NCBI GenBank assembly: GCA_043228905.1 | Contig: JBHGNT010000002.1 | Location: forward strand, 8,742,001-8,806,000 | Source of the DNA: Azolla caroliniana | Lineage: Eukaryota; Plantae; Polypodiophyta | Direction of reading: 5' to 3' | Length of the DNA: 64,000 nucleotides | In this document: in pieces, positions 58,701-64,000 of the stretch | How the letters are laid out: each line of letters opens with the position of its first letter | Numbering within the stretch: the first letter of the stretch is position 1 | Position numbers and translations under genes: made by a program | The notes under the pieces: model-generated | Database searches by the model: none | What the model saw: only the letters and a program-made list of their open reading frames with translations | What the model was told of the DNA's origin: nothing

Positions 58701-61122
58701 AGGAAGCTGGATGCCAACGCCGAAAAGTGCATCTTAGTTAGCAATCCAGATGAGCAAAAGGAGTATAAATGTTATAACCCTCGAACAAAGGAAGTATGCG
58801 TAAGTCGAGATGTTGTATTCGACGAATCCGCTTCGTGGTACCTGCCTTCACCTCCAATACCTCACGACTCCTTTCCAAATTCTGAGGAAGAAGTCAGCGA
58901 GGCTGAGATGCCTCTACATGATGAGGAAATCGGAGCTCTAAGAGAGAGTCCGATCTCATTTCGGCTAAGTGGGCCGAATGAGAGGTTGGGCTGAAATGGC
59001 CAACCTATTGAAGAGACGGCGAGTAGTGGAGACTTAACCGTGATGTCCCCACGTAAAGAACCGAGGAGACGGTTTACGCGCAAGGAGAAGGGCAAGAAGA
59101 AAATGTTGGAATACAACTTCGGCAGTGCCAAGTCAGATCAGAGCAAGTCTGACTACGGGCAAACTAGAAAGGAACCTCCACGCAAGAGGTCGATAGTAGC
59201 CGAAAAGGTCATGAAATCAGGTAATCACGAATTATGCCGATCTACCCGCTTGAAGAACCCCGTAAAGAGATACGGGTATAATGAGTACATGGCGAACCAT
59301 TACTCATACATGACGCGAGTGGCAGAAGTGCGTGAGCCGGAGAGCTACGCAGAAGCAGCGAAAGACGCGAACTGGCGTGCCGCAATGGAGGAAGAGATGC
59401 AAGCATTATTGGAGAATGAAACCTGGGGCCTACTTGATGCCCCAAAGGGTGTGAAGCCGATTGGATGCAGGTGGGTGTACAAGGTCAATACAACGCCGAC
59501 AGCTCGATCAACCGATACAAGGCCAGGTTGGTAGCGAAAGGCGTGGACTACGACGAGACCTTCGCCCCTGTCGCAAAGATTACTACCGTGCGTGTTCTAC
59601 TTGTCGTAGCTGCAACAAGGGTTGGCACTTACATCAAATGGATGTAAAGAACGCATTCCTGCAAGGTGATCTTGAGGAACAAGTGTACATGATACAACCC
59701 CCCAGATTTCTATCCGAACGAAACACCTCGGTAGTTTGCCGATTGAAGAAGTCATTATACGGACTTAAGCAAGCCCCGTGAACCTGGAACGCGAAGATTA
59801 CGCAACAACTACGTAGGATGGGCTTTACAACGTCGAAATCAGACTCTTCTCTATTTGTTCGGCAAGGAAACACGGACTAGTTAGTCTCCTATTATATGTT
59901 GATAATTTAGTCATCGCCGGTGCCGACCTGGACGAAATCCGTCGCGTGAAGTCTCAGCTTGCGGCATTGTTTGAAATGAAGGATCTCGGAGACCTTCATT
60001 ACTTCCTCGGGATTGAAGTGATCCGTACCCCCGAAGGCATATTGCCGACCTGGACGAAATCCGTCGCGTGAAGTCTCAGCTTGCGGCATCGTTTGAAATG
60101 AAGGATCTCGGAGACCTTCATTACTTCCTCAGGATCGAAGTGATCTGTACCCCCGAAGGCATATTGATCAGTCAACATCATTACGCGCTGAATATGCTCT
60201 TCAAGTTTGGGATGGAAAACTGTAAGCCTATCTCGACCCCTCTGGGGCAAAGCTTCACCGAGATTCGGGAAATGCATGCGACCGGACACGGTTTCGATAG
60301 ATGGTCGGAAGCCTCATCTATTTGACGATTACTCAACCGGATCTTAGCTACCCGGTTGGCTTAAACAGTCAATTTATGTCGCGGCTTACGGCCAAACACT
60401 TTCAGTGCGCGCAAAGGATATTGTGATATGTCTGCGGCACGAAAGACATGGCGTTGCTATATCGAGCAAGCGTAGCCGAACAGTTAGTCGGCTACATAGA
60501 TGTCGATTGGGCCGGAAATGCCCACGATCGTAGATCCACATCTGGATATGCCTTCTCATTGGGAAGTGTGGCGATTGTGTGGAGCAGTAAGAAGCAGCCG
60601 ACAGTGGCACTGTCGAGCATAGAGGCCAAATATCGAGGGGCGATTGTCGCTACGTACGAAGTCATTTGGCTGAAACGGCTATTACAGGATCTGCAGGTAG
60701 AGGTGTTTGATCCGACAACAATTTATTGCGACAACCTCAACAGTATCCACCTTGCAAAGAACCCCATTTTCCACACCCGGACCAAGCACATTGAGGTGCA
60801 TTACCATTTTGTCCGCGAGCGGGTCCTTTCAGGTGAAGTCGAACTAGTGTATGTTCCGACGGATCGGCAGATTGCCGACATCTTCACCAAGCCTCTTGGT
60901 CTCGACAAGTTACGACATTCCTCAGGTGAGCTTGGGTTGTGTCACCTCGACACGCCAAACTTGAGGGGGAGAAAGGAGGACAGGAACAAGAGCATGAGAG
61001 GAGCGGAGGTGTTCATCACGGGGGAAGTGACCGTGATAAGGAATCAGATGAAGAATTCGATTTCGAACCAATTGAAGAAGCCGAAGAAGAAAGCAAGGTC
61101 CGTAATCGTAGGGAAGAGCTGA
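55777..61122 (+). pseudogene. pol: Copia B gag-pol, disrupted
   Basis: KLDRSNY, CWYCGKKGH, WYVDSGASNHM, LWHKRFSH..CEACQMGK, SDGGKEY, TPQQNGVAER, TKHIEVHYHFVRE; 122-bp tandem duplication at 59921/60043. Confidence 0.93.
56346..57135 (+). mobile_element. AT-rich solo LTR of an unrelated family, inserted in copia B gag
   Basis: TGTCGT..ACGACA termini and 4-bp TSD ACGT; removal restores EENHVGAST; orientation inferred from the pyrimidine-rich 3' part. Confidence 0.85.
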
Positions 61123-61553
61123 GGATAGCCAAATCAGGTGGAGCTACAGCCAAGAAGGGCGTAAAGGCCAAGAGCAAGACGTGGTCTGATGTAGTCAAAG
61201 GCGTAAAGACAAGAGACGAATTGGAGACAACCAATTCAGATGAGAGCGGAATTGAATCGGAAGCGTTCGATTCAATCAAAATGTTCAATTCGGATACGCC
61301 GAATCAACTGAAGGCCATGCGGAGAAAAGGGCAGCGAAGGACGCACCGACACCGCAACAGCAAGGGAGCTGAGAAGGGCCGAATGAGCAGACAAGCCGAC
61401 CGGAAGGGTCGAGGCGCGCGGAATCGAACGGGTCGAGGTGCGTGGAATCGAACGGGTCGAGGAGCGCGAGCGGGGTGTGAAGCCAGAAGGAACAGAAGAG
61501 TAGATCCGAAAGAGCGGATGGAACCTCAAGTTGAGCTTGAGGGGGAGTGTTGA
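60939..61553 (+). CDS. Extra 3' ORF of copia family B, unknown function
   Basis: Open for 204 codons between RNase H and the 3' LTR; homolog at 4600-5088; no ATG start. Confidence 0.5.
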   Translation: MSPRHAKLEGEKGGQEQEHERSGGVHHGGSDRDKESDEEFDFEPIEEAEEESKVRNRREELRIAKSGGATAKKGVKAKSKTWSDVVKGVKTRDELETTNSDESGIESEAFDSIKMFNSDTPNQLKAMRRKGQRRTHRHRNSKGAEKGRMSRQADRKGRGARNRTGRGAWNRTGRGARAGCEARRNRRVDPKERMEPQVELEGEC

Positions 61554-61780
61554 GTGACAAGCTCAATAATGAGTGCGTAATACAGTGCGTAACCTAGTGC
61601 GTAGACGGGGTGCGTAAAACAGTACGCACTACATGGCCATAACGGTGCGAACACCATGAGGCCGTTAGAGAGATATTCCTTGAAAGGAATAATTTTGGGA
61701 GTGAGTGTAGCAGCTCATTTATGAGCATCAAGTATTGTCAGTACTTGTGTCAGCCCGATAATCAGGGCTTGTATAAAGGT

Positions 61781-61890
61781 TGGGCATCTGGGTGCGCGGG
61801 GCATCAATGATCTTCAGGTAACCGCCCATTCCTCGTTCCTGGAGCCAGGCGCGGGTTTCTGTTGAAGCGATAAGAGGCATGGTGGAGATG
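61781..61890 (-). pseudogene. N-terminus of the extra ORF of gypsy H, truncated
   Basis: MPLIASTETRAWLQERGMGGYLKIIDAP aligns with MVLSEEARQWMRENRLKGLLRIADAP. Confidence 0.65.
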
Positions 61891-62419
61891 GAGACGGGGT
61901 TCGACTGTGTGGAAGCGTGAAGAAGAGTGATGAGGCGAGGGCGAGACAGAGAAGGAACAACAGGAAGGGGAAGTTCAACAAAGGGGTTATGAGAGCGAAA
62001 GAGGGCTTGAGAGCAAGAGCGTTTAGCGCGATGAGAGCGAGACAGGGTTTCTGAGCTTGAGAGCGATGGAGATTGGGAGCGATAATGAACTTCTGTGTCT
62101 GTGCTGCGTTTTGGAAACAGTTTTAGTAACTTACTCCTAGGGTTTTGTGCCTGAAGCGAATCCTGAAGATTCTGAGTCGTGGGTGCCATAATAAGTGACT
62201 AACACCACGTGTCCTGAAGGTGAGTGGGGTGCTTCTAGTGCTTTGCATGTGCTTAAATAGGTACTAAATGAGTGGTGGCGAGGGGTGCTCCTAAATTTGT
62301 GGGTGCCTAGGTGGGTGGTGTAGGTGTAGCTAATCGGTGGCTAAACTATGGTTAATCCTACCTACTGCTACTTTTATTAATTTCAAGAAGGTGGGTGAGT
62401 CCTTATTCAGGAGGACACG

Positions 62420-63820
62420 TGGCCTCCTCCGTGGTGGTTTCCCGAAACGGGTTGGGTGGTGTAGTGCCTCGATATGGTTGAAGTCGGAAACCATTGGCCC
62501 AGCTTTTGACAATGTCGTCGGCGAGTGTGCCGAGCTAGAACGTCCCGTTGAACTCGTCGATAATCCAGAATGGACCGGTCCACCGAAATCTTAATTTTCC
62601 CGGCATAGACCCGAGTCGTGTTTGAAAAAGAAGAACTGGTTTGCCGATGGTGAGCTCCTTTTCCAGCCCATGTCGATGTCGATCCACGAAAGCATTGCGT
62701 TGCCGTTGGCGTTGTTCGAGCTGGGCCATACTCTCTATCCTATCTTCGCCGAGTTCGAGGAGTTGTTCCAGCCGGTATTGCTCGGATTGGGCCTCAGGGA
62801 GCCGTGCTTTGATTTGAACTCGGAGGCTCGGGACTTGGAACTCGACGGGCATTACGGCTTCTAACCCAAACACCATTCGAAAGGGGGTTGATTGGATGCT
62901 TGTTTTGAAAGTCGTACGATACGCCCACAACGCGCTCTGGAGTTTGCCATCCCAATCGGTCCTGTTTTCATTGACGATCTTCTTCAATATGGTCTGGAGG
63001 ATTTTATTGGTCGATTCCGCCAAGCCGTTCGCCTGCGGGTAGTATGGTGTGCTTTTCTTGTGCACCACCGCGTAGTGGTGTGTAGTAGGAGCATCCACCG
63101 AGCCAACTGTCCGGTGAGGGCTTGTTTATTGACCAAATAAAGAAGGGCCGAGTGATCCACGTGAAAGGTAAATTTTCGGCCCAAGAGGTAATGCCGAAAT
63201 TTATTGATGCTATAAATCATACCAAGGGCCTCCCGCTCGGTGGTGGAGTAATTCTTTTCCGTGGTCGAGAGCCATCGGCTGGCGTAGTACACGGGCCTAT
63301 ACCAATTCGGGGGTGTGCATTGCATCAGGGCACTTCCGATGGCGATGTCCGAAGCATCTACGAAGACATGAAACGGTTTGGACCAAACCAGAGACTAGAC
63401 CACAGGGGCATGTGACAGCATTCGTTTCAGGGTCTGATAGGCCGTGTCCTCGATTGACGTCCATTGGAAAGGAAGGCGATGGACTGCCGCATGTAAAGGT
63501 GTCGCGAAATCGACCAGGTGTCGTATCATTCGGTTGTGCCACCGGATCTGTCCCAAAAAACGGCTTAGTGCCTTAGCGTTCGAGGGTGCGGTGGCGGTCA
63601 GGATTGCCTTTACTTTATCCGGGTCCATAGCGATGCCTTCTTGACTGACAATGTGGCCGAGAAGGTTGCCGTTGGTGACTAAGAACGCGCATTTCACCAT
63701 TTTTTAACTCAATCGAGCTTGGCGAAATCGGTCCAGGCAGAGTCGTAACTGGGTCATGTGTTCCCGTCGATGGCCATACACAGCGAAATCATCGAGAAAG
63801 ACTGGAATTAAGTCTGGAAG
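62420..63820 (-). pseudogene. pol: Gypsy H pol remnant (RT-RH, deletion, INT C-half)
   Basis: FLDDF, LLGHIVS, RPVYYASR, NYSTTEREALG, YPQANGLAE, RWTGPFW; internal deletion near 63080. Confidence 0.92.
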
Positions 63821-64000
63821 AAATGGTCACGGAGTTCAACAATTCTTGTGAGTTTATTAGTTCCTAAGTCTTGTTTAGATATATATCACGAGTTCTAATG
63901 TGTCATAATGATTTTAAGCCACAAGGTATATATGAAAATCCAAGAAGTTATGATGAAACAACTTGGATGCATACTTGGGAGCAAGTGATCGAGGATTATT

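Larger units (their letters stand above)
55267..61780 (+). mobile_element. Near full-length copia family B element
   Basis: 5' LTR 55267-55665, PBS 55666-55677, gag-PR-INT-RT-RH, extra ORF, PPT 61538-61547, 3' LTR 61548-~61780 (truncated). Confidence 0.93.

Noticed and set aside
63820-64000. AT-rich sequence at the window end
   Set aside because: Too short to classify; no motif recognised

Overview
Plant repeat DNA with no recognisable host gene. The element types suggest a seed-free land plant such as a fern, lycophyte or bryophyte (inference only). Almost the whole window is a nest of LTR retrotransposons: Tnt1-like Ty1/copia elements, a second copia family ('B'), non-chromovirus Ty3/gypsy elements (my labels D, E, F, H, K) and one deleted chromovirus. 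It also holds at least 5 solo LTRs with target-site duplications, DNA-transposon relics, a 1.57-kb foldback and palindromic repeat arrays. Gypsy D (LTRs 12371-12831 and 41304-41765) sits inside a copia (11872-45719) and itself contains most of the 16-41 kb region. The most unusual signals are: (1) gypsies D and E have no polypurine tract, and a tRNA-Arg-like 3' half ending in CCA sits 2 nt before the 3' LTR, in addition to a normal tRNA PBS seen in D; (2) these gypsies carry a conserved ~1000-codon coiled-coil extra ORF downstream of pol that does not look like env; (3) the chromovirus shows Tf1-type self-priming complementarity that co-varies between two variants, and it has captured a second element's 5' end; (4) two unrelated LTR families carry antisense tRNA-like Pol III A/B boxes; (5) copia family B has an extra ORF bracketed by two PPT-like tracts. 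All coordinates were read by eye, and tRNA and domain identities come from memory, not from searches.
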